Assembly (NCBI GenBank): GCA_017654855.1
Contig: CM030333.1
Coordinates: 3,100,001-3,164,000, forward strand
DNA: 64,000 bases
Source: Podospora anserina
Taxonomy: Eukaryota
Reading direction: 5' to 3'
Position 1 is the stretch's first letter. Every line of letters starts with the position of its first letter. Made by a program: the position numbers and the translations under genes. Under the pieces are notes generated by a model. It saw only the letters and a program-made list of their open reading frames with translations. It was not told the origin of the DNA and made no database searches. Below are positions 23,665-37,140 of this stretch, in pieces.

Positions 23665-24167
23665 GTGCTCGTAAAGCGTGGGTGGTCCAATATGTCTGCT
23701 ATAACGTGACAACTGCGATGAGTGGTACAGTAAGTTTGATGAAAGAGAGAGGTCCGTTTCGCACAGAAAGATCTACACAGATCTTTTGATGTAATGCTGC
23801 AAAACAAGCGATGAGACTATTGATAAGAAACTGCCATATGAATCCTCGACGAATCCCCAGAGTCACAAGAAGAGGGGGTTGATGAAAAAGACATGTGCAA
23901 AGTCACGAAAAGGAAAGTACTGCTAACAAGGCCTCCTGGACTTTCCCAGCTTTTAACCAGAATCATATCTGGCGATGGGCTTCCCGGTTTCCCATGTGCA
24001 GCTGTGTGGAATGAGACCTCTCAAATAGGCCATACCACCACCTACACCTGGAGTTCTTGGGATGCGCAAGGCTGCCCCTGCCTGTGCACCAAACCCGCCC
24101 ACAGGGCCAATCCCCAGTCAACAGGTCAGGTGGTGTCAAACTCCAAACAAGTCGAACCTTCCTTCAA

Positions 24168-24780
24168 CTATTCATCATCCAACTCCCGAATCCGACACCC
24201 GAACTCCTCCAACCTTGCTCTTTCCTCCCGACACTCCCCCTCCCTCTCTTCAAGAGCTGCCAGCCGCCTCCTGTGCTCTTGCTTCCAATCCTCAACTTTT
24301 GCCTTCTGCTTCGAAACGCTGCGGCTGACCACCTCACTTGAGCCCCCACGTGATATCAATGCTCCAAGTGACGCAGAGGAGGCACCTGACTTACTAGATG
24401 AGACCCTTGGGGGGTGAAGCTTGCAGTTGAGAAGATACCGTTCGAGCCCATCTTTACTACCAAATGCTGATCTTTTACCTACGCGCTTGCAATTTGGGTA
24501 TGGGCACTCGAAACTCTTTGCTGTGGGAGAAGGCTTGTGTCTGTTTTCCATGTGCCTCTTCAAAGGCGACCGCCGAGTGAAGAGTTTGTTGGCTTGGGGG
24601 CACCCTGGGACAGGACACACGAGACTCTGTTCTTCGGTAGACCTAAAGTACATGGTTAAACACGCGTTGGTGGACGGTAGATGGTAACTTACAATGTAGG
24701 TGCATTTGAAAGGATATCGTTGCCTGCTCCAGCAGAAGCCAAGGTTGCAGAATGGTCTTCCCCTAGCTATTCGATCTGGG
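24168..24780 (-). CDS. C2H2-type zinc-finger protein with C-terminal coiled coil; 5' end unresolved, possibly damaged
   Basis: CPVPGC..FTRRSPLKRHMENRH and CPYPNC; GTAAGT...TTTAG intron at ~24645-24690. Confidence 0.6.
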
Positions 24781-25419
24781 ACAACACAGACACCGGGTTC
24801 TCGTGGCCTTCAAGTTGATCCGCTCCTGAAGGGTTAATACTTTGTTGAACGCTTCCTTGTGCAATTGCAGACATATTCGAGGGCTGCCTCTCGGAAATAC
24901 ATGTTGAAAACCGAAGTTCTCTGTAACCCAGTCTATCGGGGGACTAACTCCAGAAGGTTGGACAGACATATTCATTATCTGCGTTTGTAGTGGTTGAAGG
25001 CTGGGTTGCGCTTCATAGCCACGACCAGGCTGTGATTCCCCCAACAATTTGATAATGTCGAGTTCGTTTGAATCAAGTACTGTTGAGAATCATGATCAGC
25101 TTACGTTCGAATTTGGGGTAATGATTACTCAGGTAGTCAGTCTCTAAAAACCTTTTTGTCTCATCCAAGAACGGCTAGCCCAGAATCAGGCTCGCTTCAC
25201 CCTCGGCTCACCTTCGACTCACCTTTAGCTCACCACCGCTCACTCTACGCTCACCATTCTACAAAAAAGCCAACTTTACGCGACGCTCTCATAGTCCAAA
25301 TTCGGAGCCTCCCTCTCTTACGGGGACGAAAATGGGGCTGGATAGAGAGGGTCCCGTTTTTAGGCCCCCTAAACCGCTCCTCTTTACAACCTCCAACCTC
25401 GACGCCAACCGTACCTCTT

Positions 25420-25991
25420 CTATTTCTTGCCCACATGGCCCCCATCTTTAACCTGTTTCTCCGCCAGAGCAGGGGCAATCTGGACGGGCTTCCCCTTGGC
25501 AGGCGCCTCCTTCTCGGCAAGCAGCTTCTTCTCCTTCCCTCCCCAGTAATGCCAATCCATGAAGCGGTAGCCTTGCACGCTTTGCGCGGCGGCATTCACC
25601 GTGTGGCAGCCGAACAAGAGACCATTGGGCGGCCTGACAGCCAGCGAGAAGCGCATGAAAGTGAAGGCGTAGACGATGAGGGCGCAGGTCATCTTGCCGG
25701 ATATTCTGCCATCTTTGTTAACATGTTTTTGCTGCTACCATTATGAGTGAGGAAGTAAGCCGAACACTCACAAATCAGGGCTTTTCTGCGTATCGGCTAT
25801 GGCCGCGAGAGGGATAGTGAAGTTGGAAGCCGGCCCCCAGAAATCTGCGCGCATCGGAGCCTGTCAGTTTCGATATTGACCGGCTACCTAAGGTGCCTTC
25901 CTTGGAGAGACTTACGCGTCGAGCAAAAGTAGTCGGTCCAGGGATGGGACCTGATCTTGGCATTAGCCGCCTTGACGAATGCCGCTGCCAT
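25420..25991 (-). CDS. mpc1: Mitochondrial pyruvate carrier 1-like, 3 exons
   Basis: DYFCST|HFWGPASNFTIPLAAIAD.QKSP..ISGKMT.AL..Y..TFMRFSLAV.P.N.LLFGCH: MPC family signature. Confidence 0.9.
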
Positions 25992-26805
25992 TGTGGGTGG
26001 TAGATGGAGGTCAACTTTACGTGACCTTGAGGTTCAATAGTGTGAGGTTGAAAAGATGATATACCCAAAAAGCCTCCCGTAGACTCCGGTTCGGAGTTAA
26101 AGAGGGGAAATATCCGTGGTGTCATTCGCGTTACACAGCCAAGGGAAAGAACGCATGGAACTTGCGAGCGTTCCGACATCAGGTCCGCATTCCTCCTTCT
26201 CTCTCTCTCTGCGTCACGTGGATGGCTGGTCATGGACTCATGGATTGGAAGGAAGGCCTGACAGGTTTCAGCTGTGATGGAAGCGCTTTCTTCACAGGGC
26301 TGTGCCAGCTCTGCGAGTCTCGTCATGAAAAGTCGACTGAAAGAGATTTGACACACTCAAAATGGGACTGGGTTGCGGAAGTATGGTTTTGGAAAATGCT
26401 CTTGGCGTTGTTTTGCAGCCTTCCCAGTGGTTGTCATCGCTGGGGAGCGGGAGAGCCTGAGGATCGCCGGCCGGCCGTATGCGGCCAGCCCGGCTGGATT
26501 TAGAGGCACGACCAAGAGCTCGGCGGCTACTACACTCTCCTGAACTGCCAGTCTGGTTGAGGCGTACACGTCAGATGTTTTGGCCGTCATTCTTTAACTG
26601 CAATATGTCTTTTCTTCCGGGCATATTGTTGTGCCAATGTCTCCAGAGTTTTATCTGGGTACCTACCACGGGTCTTATGTTGATGTTGAGACTGTCTTGC
26701 GTCACGGGTCCCCTGTTTTCTTGCAGCTTTTGCCTTCTGGCTTCTTTCATCTGCTTCATCTACCGAAACATAATTCTCTTGTTAATACGACAAGATACAG
26801 GCGGC

Positions 26806-27034
26806 ATGCGACTTTCATTCTGCTGCCTTCTTGTTACAGTCTGCGCCCTGGTAGCAGCAGCACCGGAGATGACAATGGAGAAGCTTCAAGAGCGGGCCCT
26901 CTGTGTAAGTGCAAAGCGACTTCATGGGGGAAGATATGGATCAAGGTTGGAATTACATACTGATAGCCATCGCACAGGTCTGCAACGAAAGCCGCTGTCG
27001 TGGCCCGGCTTGCTGTGCGAACGGAACATGCTGA
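26806..27034 (+). CDS. 51-aa secreted prepropeptide with six-Cys C-terminal peptide; exons 26806-26904 and 26978-27034
   Basis: GTAAGT donor, CTGAT branch-like site, CAG acceptor; spliced product MRLSFCCLLVTVCALVAAAPEMTMEKLQERALCVCNESRCRGPACCANGTC*. Confidence 0.85.
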
Positions 27035-27288
27035 TACCGGCATCGCCAACCCCCGTTGACAGGATCAACCGAGCAATGAAATATTTACGACTGACGATAC
27101 ACGTTACAATGACTTGGGATTCCACCATTTGGAGTTTGGAAATTGGCGTTTTGATAGGAGTTGGGCAACAAACCGGCGGCACGACGAAGGGTAGACTTTT
27201 AGTTGGATCATGTACAAACAAACATTTGGGTCCTTGGACTTTTTAAATCAAGTACGTTTCTTCGAAGCTTCACACGACAAAAGTTGGG

Positions 27289-29453
27289 TTAGACAATGGT
27301 AAACTCTTGGTGACCATCAGCAAACTCCTTTGCCATGCCCTCTCCATCCATGAACCCATTCAGATACCCATCACCCATGATCCGATATTTGCCCGTCTCA
27401 ATACCATCCTCTCTCAAAACAAAAGGGTAGTCACCTCCATACAGAACCGCCACTATATCCCCTGGCTGAACTGCCTCGACGCCCCACCCATACCGTCCTT
27501 TTTCTGTCACGAAGAATCTCCTATTGTAGCACCACTTGGAAAACGACCCTTGCACCATCCAGTACCCTTCTTCCAACCGCTCAGCATATGCAAGACCCTC
27601 TCCCAGTGTCATGGCATTGAGACAATTAACCTGGTGTTTCACCTGCTCCCGCACCAGACTCCTCAGCGACTCCTCCCCGTCATCTTCACACAGTGCAATC
27701 AAAAGCTCCAAGCCCTTGGCAAACTCTCCTGACGGCAGCTCGTTCTCTCTCGTCCGGTTGCACATGAAGGTTCTCGCCAAAGACTCCAGTTGGGCTTGGT
27801 GCTCCGCCACTGTCACTTCAGCGGCTGGCTTGAGAGCGATATTGGCAATACTGGTCACTGAACGGCGTGTGTCTGTCTCATCGAGGTTTTTGTACATGTC
27901 GTTGCGTTCTTGGACAGAAGCAGACGCGTTGGCGGGGAATTCTTCGCTCTTGCCCTTCCAGCCGCGGTCGTATCTTGCTGCGCCGGGTGGAGGGATCTGC
28001 CTCACCGTGTCGATGATGGCGATGCGGTCCAACACTCGCCCTTTGATATGCAGTACCTTTTGATCTGGTGATATGCGGTAGATGGCTTCGTCATGAGACG
28101 TACCACAGGCGTTCGCCTCCAACTGACGGATACAGAAAGGCTCGACATAGCCTGGTCTTGTCCAGTCTGGAACCCACGAGGGCAAGTCCAGGTTGGAGGG
28201 TTTGTTATCAGAGATTGTAACGCAGTGAGACAGAATCTCAAGGGTCCCAGCTTCAAGGAAGCTAACGGCGAGCTCGGTGAATACCTTCTCGGGGGGCTTG
28301 TTGTAGTCCACCACGATTTTATCTTTGTGGTCTGTCAAGTTGAGCACGCCGTAGATTTTGTCCACAGGTAGTGTGCTCTGGAAGCCCCGCATTTCCTCGA
28401 GCACTTCAAGCACGTCGCACGGTTCATACGACGCGTCATCGAGTGCCAACTGCTGCTCGTCTCTCAGATTGCTCATGATGCTTACTGCCTTCCATCCCCA
28501 GTGCCCATTCATCAGGCTGTCCAGCTTGAAGGACTTGAGAACTCTGATGACGGGGACAAAAAAGTCCCAACCAAAGGCGTTCCTTCCCGCGTACAACATT
28601 GCCTGACGGGCATAGGCTATCTCTTGCATTACCCATGTGCGGTGCCACTATTCTGGTCAGTTACGGGGTCCGTTGACTTCCAGGTTGGATTCAGGTCTCA
28701 ACATACCCAGGACCGGTTGAAGAATTCCGCAATCATGTCCCAGTCCAGTTCTCGGGATCGTGGATGGCGGAGAAATCTCCCTTGGACATCATGCAGGGCG
28801 CCAGCCAAGCTATCCATTTCATCTGGTGCTCCGATGTCTATCACAATATCGGTCATGAGATAGATGGTGTTTAGGAAGGGCATGACGTAGGAACCTGAAT
28901 CTTCTCCCAGCCACACCCTGACTGTCTCGGCGCCGGCGTAGATCTCGCTCATGACTCTGACGTGTTTACTCCGCTCATCAGTGTTTTGCTGGTCAATACA
29001 TACGGCATCCACCCATATTCTCAGATCCCCGTCCTGAAGTCTCATGGTTCTCAGTGCTCGATGAAGCTCTCCGCCCACCATGACACGTGTGTCATCGATC
29101 ATGATGGGGCCCGGTGGGAGCACGCCGCCCAACTCAAGGTGAAACTGGCCGTAGACAGGATGGTCGAGCATCTCGGCCAAAGGCAAAGCGTCACTCATGC
29201 TGATCTCAGAGCCGCTTTCATCCTGGCCAACTACCGCGGTGGTGATGACGTCGTCCATGGGCGATGTTCTGGTAAGGTTCACGCCACGACTCCAGCAGTA
29301 GCTGAGAGCATCGTAGGGCTTATCGTTTGGCTCAGACAGAGACATGTGCGATATGCTAGCCATAAGGGGGTCATTGTAGCGACCACCAAAAACGGTCAAG
29401 ATACGTGTTTCATGAGGCAGGTTGAGCGGGCGGTAGGGATATTGTGACGCCAT
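27289..29453 (-). CDS. HET-domain (HET-6-like) heterokaryon-incompatibility protein, 2 exons
   Basis: YDALSYCW, IWVDAVCIDQ...ERSKHVRVMSEIY, WHRTWVMQE, DKIYG, LPSWVPDW, RRFFVT..G..G, GDGYLNGFMDGE. Confidence 0.92.
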
Positions 29454-30349
29454 CTGAAAGTGGTGAGAAAGGACCCGAACTGATGTCGAAGATATCTTGT
29501 GAGGCTGTCATTTGGCGAGACATGGCAGGGTGTTGTTGACACCTGAAGTGGGTCGCTCATTTCTCTCATGGTAGCTGGAGCATGGAGAGCCTGATGGCTG
29601 GTGAATCGCTTGGCTGACTAGGACAGCAAAACGGTAGGTTGGAGGAGTATTGAACGATCCAACTGCTAAACACATCTGATTTCCATGTTCCATGTAGGTA
29701 GTAGGCATGAAGGAGCAATCCGAAGAGTGGTTCACCTTGTGATGTTCTCCGAAATTCTGTCCCATTGACCCCGCAATTCTCCGCATCTACCCCGCATCCC
29801 CGCACCAGGCTCAAAGACCGTATGTGGGGTAGCGTGTTTGAGAATTCATGACATTCACGCTTGCAATTGTTGAGCTTTTCCTGTGTTTTCTGTGGTGCGA
29901 GGCGGTCACCAGTCAGCAACCCAAACAAGCCCACTTGAGCCGGGTTCAGTCATCAACCAGAACCCAGTACCTAGATACATGACTTATGCACTTTCAATGA
30001 ATTGGGGTCGAAGGTTCAACCATGGAGAAGAGCCGAGAGCTTGGAGACAGAATCCGAGTAATGTACACTGGCAACGCTTATCTCACACGTCAACAACCTG
30101 GAACCCACCTGAACCAGCCACAACACGGCCCAACTACTATCTGCACGTCGAGAGCCAGTGGTTGGAAGTGAAGCAGACAATCAAGTTCGTCGTAGGTACC
30201 TTAGCTCGGTATCAAAGGGATGGTACGTAGGACAGAGCAAAAGAAAAAGCACAGCTGAAAGTACCAGGCTGAAGCCACAAAATACCTACCTCAAACTCTC
30301 AATCTTCATGCATACCGAATCTCCTCTAAAACCTCTGGTTTTGCTCGTG

Positions 30350-31615
30350 GGGTATAGCTGCAGACGTTTTACTTGCCCACCACACAGCGTACCTATTAAC
30401 CACGGGATATAAAGACCAGCACACTTGTATAAGTAGACCTCTCCTCGCCCTGTATGTAGAATAAGCAAGTAAGCAAGCAAGAATACAAGTCAATAATATA
30501 CATGCACCAAAAGCCTCTGTATTAGACTAAGTACAAGCACTCAAAGCCTCTGTACTGTGACGTCTTGCTCACTGTAATAACAGTGGTCTTGCTTCCTTCA
30601 GCACTGCTGTCGTATCCTTTCTCTCACTTCCGCTACGCACTGCTACAAGCGCATAGTTCGCTGTAGCTCCCCTGTAGGCTCTGTATTACAGACCTATAGG
30701 GCAACGCAGCAAACAGATATTATACGGGAAACTGCTAATAGTACTATTTTTAACGGTACTAAAGATATAATTATCGCTGAGCTAAAAAGTAATTTCATTC
30801 TCCTATACCCCGACTACGAGAACTATCGTTTAATAGTTGTCTACTATGCTTTTGGTCTTGGTTTTCGATAGTTTCTGAAAGGGAAGATCTACTATATCCC
30901 GTTTCCCAATCTTATAACCGATACTACCTAGACTCGGCTTATTAATAAAGCGACTTATCTCGCGGTCTTAAATCTTATAGAAGTTGTTCAGATATTCTAC
31001 AAGAATATCACCCTCTTGCTGCTCTCTAACCCGCAGTTTATAATAGTATTATAAGCCGGCGAACTAGAGACGCGCTCGGGAGTGACGGCTTTTGAGAAGC
31101 CCGAGGACGATACTAGCCCGAAATATCCCTGCGTTAAGATCTGTATCGCCAACTTTTATATGTACGTCCAGCGGGACCTGTGGATAGTATATTTAATCGC
31201 CATCCTAGCCACCATCGTCTGCGTTGGCTTGGGAACCGGGGCTCTGGCGCAAAACAACTACTACGTTAGGGACGTGAAAGTCTCTTCTGTGATTGCAGCC
31301 ACGAGAGTGCTGTGCTTGGAGGAGCTGCCGTGGAAGACGAGTAAGTGGGGCGAAGTACTGTAGGAGATTAAGGAGACGAAGCTGGGGTATGGGATTATTT
31401 TAGACCGGGAGAGCGTAGGTACGCTGAGGATCGGGGTTGGGGTGAGAAGGGCTGATACTAGTTCGACGGAGGGTGGGACGGTGGGGAATGGGAAGGTGTA
31501 TTATGGGTTTGCGCCTCCTGAGGTGTTGGAAAGGACGAGGAGGGAGATGTTTGGGCCGGGGAGGGCGAGGCCAAAGGGGAGTCCATTTTCGTTTAAGATT
31601 TGGGAGCATTCTTAG
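30350..31615 (+). pseudogene. RIPed 3' part of a fungal membrane-protein gene, interrupted by a solo LTR
   Basis: ...YMYVQRDLWIVYLIAILATIVCVGLG..ALAQN...SSVIAATR...TKLGYG; many TAA/TAG; boundaries approximate. Confidence 0.6.
30410..30715 (+). mobile_element. Solo LTR, 306 bp, 4-bp TSD GATA; left TG appears RIPed to TA
   Basis: gata|TAAAGACC...GCAAACA|gata; TATA-like tgtataagta followed by an A-rich stretch typical of LTRs. Confidence 0.65.
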
Positions 31616-31740
31616 TTGTTTGCCTCGGGATTCTGTTTTTATGGTTTAGTGTAGGGTTATCATAGCGAATTTTCAGCTGAGCTTAAGTTAAGATCCGCTA
31701 TAGTAGGCATAAATTTTATACCGGAACTTATAAATATTTA

Positions 31741-33602
31741 ACGTATTTGATAAGCGAGCGGATCGGACAAGCGAGTGGATCGATTTCCACTACCCTATTA
31801 CAACCATCCTCAATTGCAAAACAACAACACTATTAACCTACTACAATTACATCAGAAACAGCTGAATCAGACTCTTCTGCAACCTCCTGGCACGTACGGA
31901 TATTATGGCCAGGCTTGCCGCACACACCACAGCACTGAACCTTCGTACGCCCTCCCCCTACACTACCACCACCCTGCTCCTTTCCTTGCGCCACCTCTCC
32001 ACCCACAGCCTTCTGGTCCAGTAGATCCTGTGCATCTTGCACAATAAGTGATCCTCCAAGCTGTACGCGTGTTTTTTTTGCTCTCCGGCGCTTACTTAGT
32101 GCCTCGTTCGCCTTACGGAGCGAAGATACCTCTAACTAAAGGAGAGCCACTTAGTGCATTACAGCCATTATACCTTTAATAAGCTGGTCTACCGCAGCTA
32201 ACATTAAAGTCGGGGAGCTATTTTAATGGTTAGTAATGCGAGTCTTAATAAGCGTTAACTATAAGTTGGCTTCTCGGGGGTTTTGTGGTGTCTGGAATAC
32301 CTAAGGTAGTGCCGTGCCCGGCCTTGAGGATGGGGGTGTAGGCGTACGAAGCTTTATATCTAGCTTAGAAAGTACCCTCTCTGGATCGTATGGTATAAGG
32401 CCAGCACCCGCAAAGCTACCCTGTATATTCTTCTCCGTTATAGAGGCGAAAAAAGCCTCGCGGAAGGCACAGAGAAACTCGAACTTACTTACGTGGTTGA
32501 TATGCATGCGCATCAAGCCCTCGATCTGGCGGCCGTACGCCTGTTTTAGCGGCCCAAAGCAGCCAATATCGAGTGGCTGGAGGAGGTGGGAGGAGTGTGG
32601 AGGCATGCAGAGCGTAATAATATTGTTCTGCTAGCAGTGGCGCTCGAATTCAGTTAAGTGGTGGCTTTCGTAGCCATCGAGGATCAACAACCGGTATTTG
32701 CCCTTCGTACGGGACGCTATATGATAGTCGAAATACTTAATCCAATCTAGGCCTACCGGATTAGTAATCCAGCCATTATCGGTAGTTGCGATGCGCCAGG
32801 TAAACGGTAAATTGCACTTGGTATACTAGTTGGTAAGGTGGTACTATACGGCTAAGATAATAAAGGGCGGGATAGCCTAGCCGAGGGCATTGACTCCCTA
32901 GATTACCGTTGCCCACTCGCGGTTACCAGGCTAGGCCAGTTTTACCTTACTAAGGCCGTCCGAGGTTATAACCACCATACCTACGAAAATAATGCCCATC
33001 ATAAACCCAGTCTCGTCGAAGTTATAAATATCGTTATCTACAATACCGTATTTGGCCTTAGTATTCCGTACGAGCGTAAACCACTCGGCAATAACCTTCG
33101 GATCCTCGCACTTGGCCCTCTGGTAGTCGTATCTACGCGTAAAACGCGTACGGAGCTGTAGCTGGCGTTTAACGAAGTTGTGTGCCCAGCGTTGACCAAC
33201 AGGGGGCGCGTCGCGTACGCGCAGCAGTTAGTTAGCCATATCTTCCACGCCACTTAATCTAGGTGGGAATGCGCGTGCAGATAGCTCAAGAACGTACTGA
33301 ACTATCGTCTTCTCCTCCAGATCCGTTAAATTGCGTGAGTTGGCTGGAATATCGCGTCGTGCAGGCTTACCAGCGCGCCGGCGATGGAGGGTAGTATAAG
33401 GCACAGAATAGAGCCTCGCTGCAGCTTTGAGGCTTAGTTTAGGGTTATTTTTAAGGGCTTCGAGTGCAAGAATAACTTTTGCTTCAACTAGAATCGAAGA
33501 CATCTTGGTATGGTGGAGGAAATCGATGTTGCAGGTAGAGAGCTATATCGCGTACGAAATCGATCCACTCGCTTGTCCGATCCGCTCGCTTATCAAATAC
33601 GT
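31741..33602 (-). mobile_element. Full-length Fot1/pogo DNA transposon, perfect 47-bp TIRs, TA target duplication
   Basis: ta|ACGTATTTGATAAGCGAGCGGATCGGACAAGCGAGTGGATCGATTTC ... exact reverse complement at 33556-33602|ta. Confidence 0.97.
31833..33503 (-). pseudogene. Pogo-type DDE transposase with RIP stops
   Basis: HTH start, YNFDETGF, LILDG, PPHSSHLLQPLD, C-terminal CGVCGKPGHNIRTC knuckle; TAA/TAG stops at Gln codons. Confidence 0.93.
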
Positions 33603-34823
33603 TACAAAGTTTATACTCTACTTCCTAATACGAACTGTAGAGATGTGTTGAACCGTGTGATGCATACGCTAGATAGGTGGTCTCCTATACCCGCTGTTGA
33701 AGTAGAGATGCCATGGTACGTGGAAGCCAATTCCTGGCAAACTTTGGACTGTAGTTGGCTTAGGACGGCAATGACTTCAGGGCGGTCATCAACCCAACAG
33801 ACCAAGGTTCCCCTTAGGCTGAGTACCTATACTATCACACGCTTTCTGATGGACACCCACGACTGCCGTGCAAGTCCAGTGCAAAAGTGTGATATAAGAG
33901 GTGTCAGGTTCTCTCGTCATTGCCGTTTCGGAGGATGCACAGCTGGTCGACCCACGGTATGTTAACGGTTTTCTATCCCCCTGGTTGAGATGTAGTGGAT
34001 CGCTGCGTTGAGAGATGCGGATGGGGGTGGGAGAGGGCGGTGGAGGTGGGAGGGAACTAAGGACATGCTATGAGTGGAGGCTGAGGGGAGGGTGCGGGGT
34101 TAGGTGAGGGAGGACTGGGATGGAGGGTTGAAGGTGAGAGCTTGTTGTTTGGTTTCGCCCCACTCCGCCGTCCGGAGTTCTCGTAGGCGTTGAGCCTGAC
34201 ACTTCTGACAGCTGCCGATCCAGTTGTTCAAAAGAACCTGAAGGACTAGTTTGTCAGGGAAAGTGAGCTTTGCCGGGATGAGGAGATATGTGAATACGAA
34301 GAGACCCCAATATCCAATTTTAAAGTGCTTAGGACAAGCTAGATATCGAGAAAGCCAACAACGCCGGCTTCTGCTGCAGGCGTGGAGGATTGGCACGTCA
34401 CTGCATGGCATGCGTGGTGCGGGGGCGGCTGACCCAGTTTCACGGTTCCACGAAGAAAAAGGGTCCTTGCGACGTCGGCCTGCTGCCGACTCGATTGCCG
34501 ATCGCCGGGAGAAGCGACACAAACACCAAGTGCTTAAGATGTAGATTCGTGGGGCCTCACGGTTACTATTTTCCTTAGAGCCGTACTTACCTTATGAGAA
34601 CTTGAAGGATCTTGAAGGATCCAGGTGGAGAGTGGGGATCAGAGAAAACAAGACTCAATATTGGAAAGATCAGAGGTACCTGGGCATCGGGGATGACAAT
34701 CGTGGAAAGTAAGTCTTTAAGATAAAAGGGGCAACCGCAACCAAGACGGAGCAGAAGATGTTGATGTCCACCATCCCTTCACCCACTCTTATCACCCAGA
34801 GAACGCAGCAGCCGTAGCCCACC

Positions 34824-36730
34824 ATGCGGTTGACGGCATCTATCCTCGCAACATGGCTGCAGCTGTCTGCCGTCCTGGCCAAGAAGCCCAACATTGTCTT
34901 CGTCCTGACGGATGACCAGGACCTGCACCTGCAGTCCATGGACTACGTTCCCCTGATCAAGAAGCACCTCACTGACAAGGGCACTTCCTACAAGCGGCAC
35001 TACTGCACTACATCGCAATGCTGCCCTTCAAGAGTCACGCTATGGACCGGCAAGCTCGCCCATAACACCAATGTTACCGACGTGCTCCCCCCCTGGGGTA
35101 AGTTGATGTTCCTTATTGTTGAACTTGCCGAGGCGTCGCCACCTTGACCTTCAAGAAAAGGAAGCTAACAAGCAAGTAGGTGGTTATCCTAAGTTCGTTG
35201 ACCAGGGTCTCAATGAGAACTGGCTGCCTGTGTGGCTACAGGAGGCCGGCTACGATACCTACTATACGGGCAAGCTCTTCAACTCCCATTCGGTAGACAA
35301 CTACGACAAACCATTCCCTGCTGGCTGGACCGGGTCTGACTTCCTGCTCGACCCGTTCACGTATGCCTACATGACCCCGTGGTACCAGCGCAACCGTGAA
35401 CCCCCCGTTGCTTACGATGGCATCAATACGCAGACCCTTATCTCGGAAAAGGCACTTGGCTTCCTCGACGACGCTATTTCCAATCCGGACAAGCCTTTCT
35501 TCATCGGCATCGCGCCCATCGCCCCGCATTCCAACATGTACATCGATGAGAACGATGTGCGCCACTGGGGTCCTCCCATCCCCCTAGACAAGCATGCCCA
35601 CCTCTTTCCCGATGCCCAGGTCCCCCGTACGCCCAACTTCAACCCAGACGTCGAGTCAGGCGGTAGCTGGGTGCGCGGCCTGCGAAAGCAGGATGACGAC
35701 GTCGTCGAGTACAACGATCACTACTACCGCGAGCGCCTCCGCTCACTGCAGTCGGTCGACGAGCTGGTCGACGACGTTATCAAGCGGCTCGAGGCGGCAA
35801 AACTGCTGGATAATACGTATATCATTTACACTAGTGATAACGGCTTCCACATCGGGCAGCACCGCATGCAGCCCGGAAAGATGTGCGGCTACGAGGAAGA
35901 TATCAACGTGCCGCTGATCATCCGCGGACCCGGCGTCCCTAAGGGTGAGGTATCTAACGTCGTTACTGCCCACGTCGATCTGGCCCCGACCATTATGCAG
36001 CTGGCTGGCATCCCGTTGCGCGACGATTTTGACGGCGCTGCCATCCCGCTAACAAAGCCTGAGCAGAAAAAGGCCGTGAACAAACGCCAGGAGCACGTTA
36101 CGGTCGAGTTCTGGGGCATGGCCTACATGGAGGGTGGCGTCGTGTTCCGCGGTGGTGAGACCGACGTCGTTCTTAACAATACTTACAAGTCGCTGCGCGT
36201 CATCGACGTTAAGAAGAACGACTACAACTTCTACTATTCCATCTGGTGTAACAATGAGCACGAGCTGTACGACATGAAGGTGAGATTCAGATGCTAATCT
36301 CTCCCTACGCCCCGTTCCCCTCTTTACTATTCCTTTTGCCCGCCCCTCTTGGACAGATTGCTAAAATGTTCTCCAGACGGACCCCTACCAAATGACCAAC
36401 CTTCTTCACCCCACCGCCAAACCTCCCAAGACCATCCTGGGCCGGCCCTTCGAGGCCGTGGTTGCGCGCCTCGACGCGCTGCTTTTCGTCCTTAAGTCGT
36501 GCAAGCAGAAGACCTGCGTTGAGCCCTGGCGCGCGCTACACCCAGCGGGCAACGTCGACAACTTGAAGGACGCGCTCAACCAGCGCTTTGACGACTTCTA
36601 CATCAAGCAGCAGAAGAAGGTCCGCTTTGAGCGTTGCGAGGCCGGACTCATCATCGATGCCGAGGGCCCGCAGTTTGAGACGGATGGGCTGCTTTATCGG
36701 GATGGTTCTTCGTGGAGTGAGTGGACATAA
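34824..36730 (+). CDS. Secreted arylsulfatase, 3 exons
   Basis: Signal peptide, KPNIVFVLTDDQD, CCPSR formylglycine motif, YTGK, SDNGFH, ELYDM|TDPYQM. Confidence 0.95.
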
Positions 36731-37140
36731 AGATTTGGATCAACGAGGGAAGGGGAGAGTGGTTGGATAGGTAATTATCTTGACTATGCTGGCATCTCGG
36801 ATCTAGAGAAGGTTAGTGTGATAGCTAGGTACCTAGGTATAATCCGGTGAGGGGATGGTGGACATCTTCTTTTCCCATCCACCGTAATTGCGATTTAAAA
36901 GCTCCAAACCCACTTTGATTGCTATCAAAAGCTATAAGCGAGCAATACTTTCCGGTATTGCTCGCTCCACTGGCATATATATGGTGATGGCAGTGGCTGC
37001 CATCACACGCTTCAGTAGTATATATTTTGGTAGTGACAGCCACTTGCGTACCACCCCGCTGGTCCGTACACTTATTAGGTACCTAGTCTGGACCGTCAAT
37101 CGAGCAGAAAAAAAAACCTCAGAGCTCGTTGCATCAATAC

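Noticed and set aside
25190-25260. Degenerate gctcacc repeats
   Set aside because: Short low-complexity tract downstream of mpc1 with no evidence of function
26479-27246. 255-aa ORF as a real protein
   Set aside because: Read-through of the micro-gene's first exon and intron; the rest is not protein-like
33611-34560. Several short ORFs between the transposon and the sulfatase
   Set aside because: No consistent frame or motif
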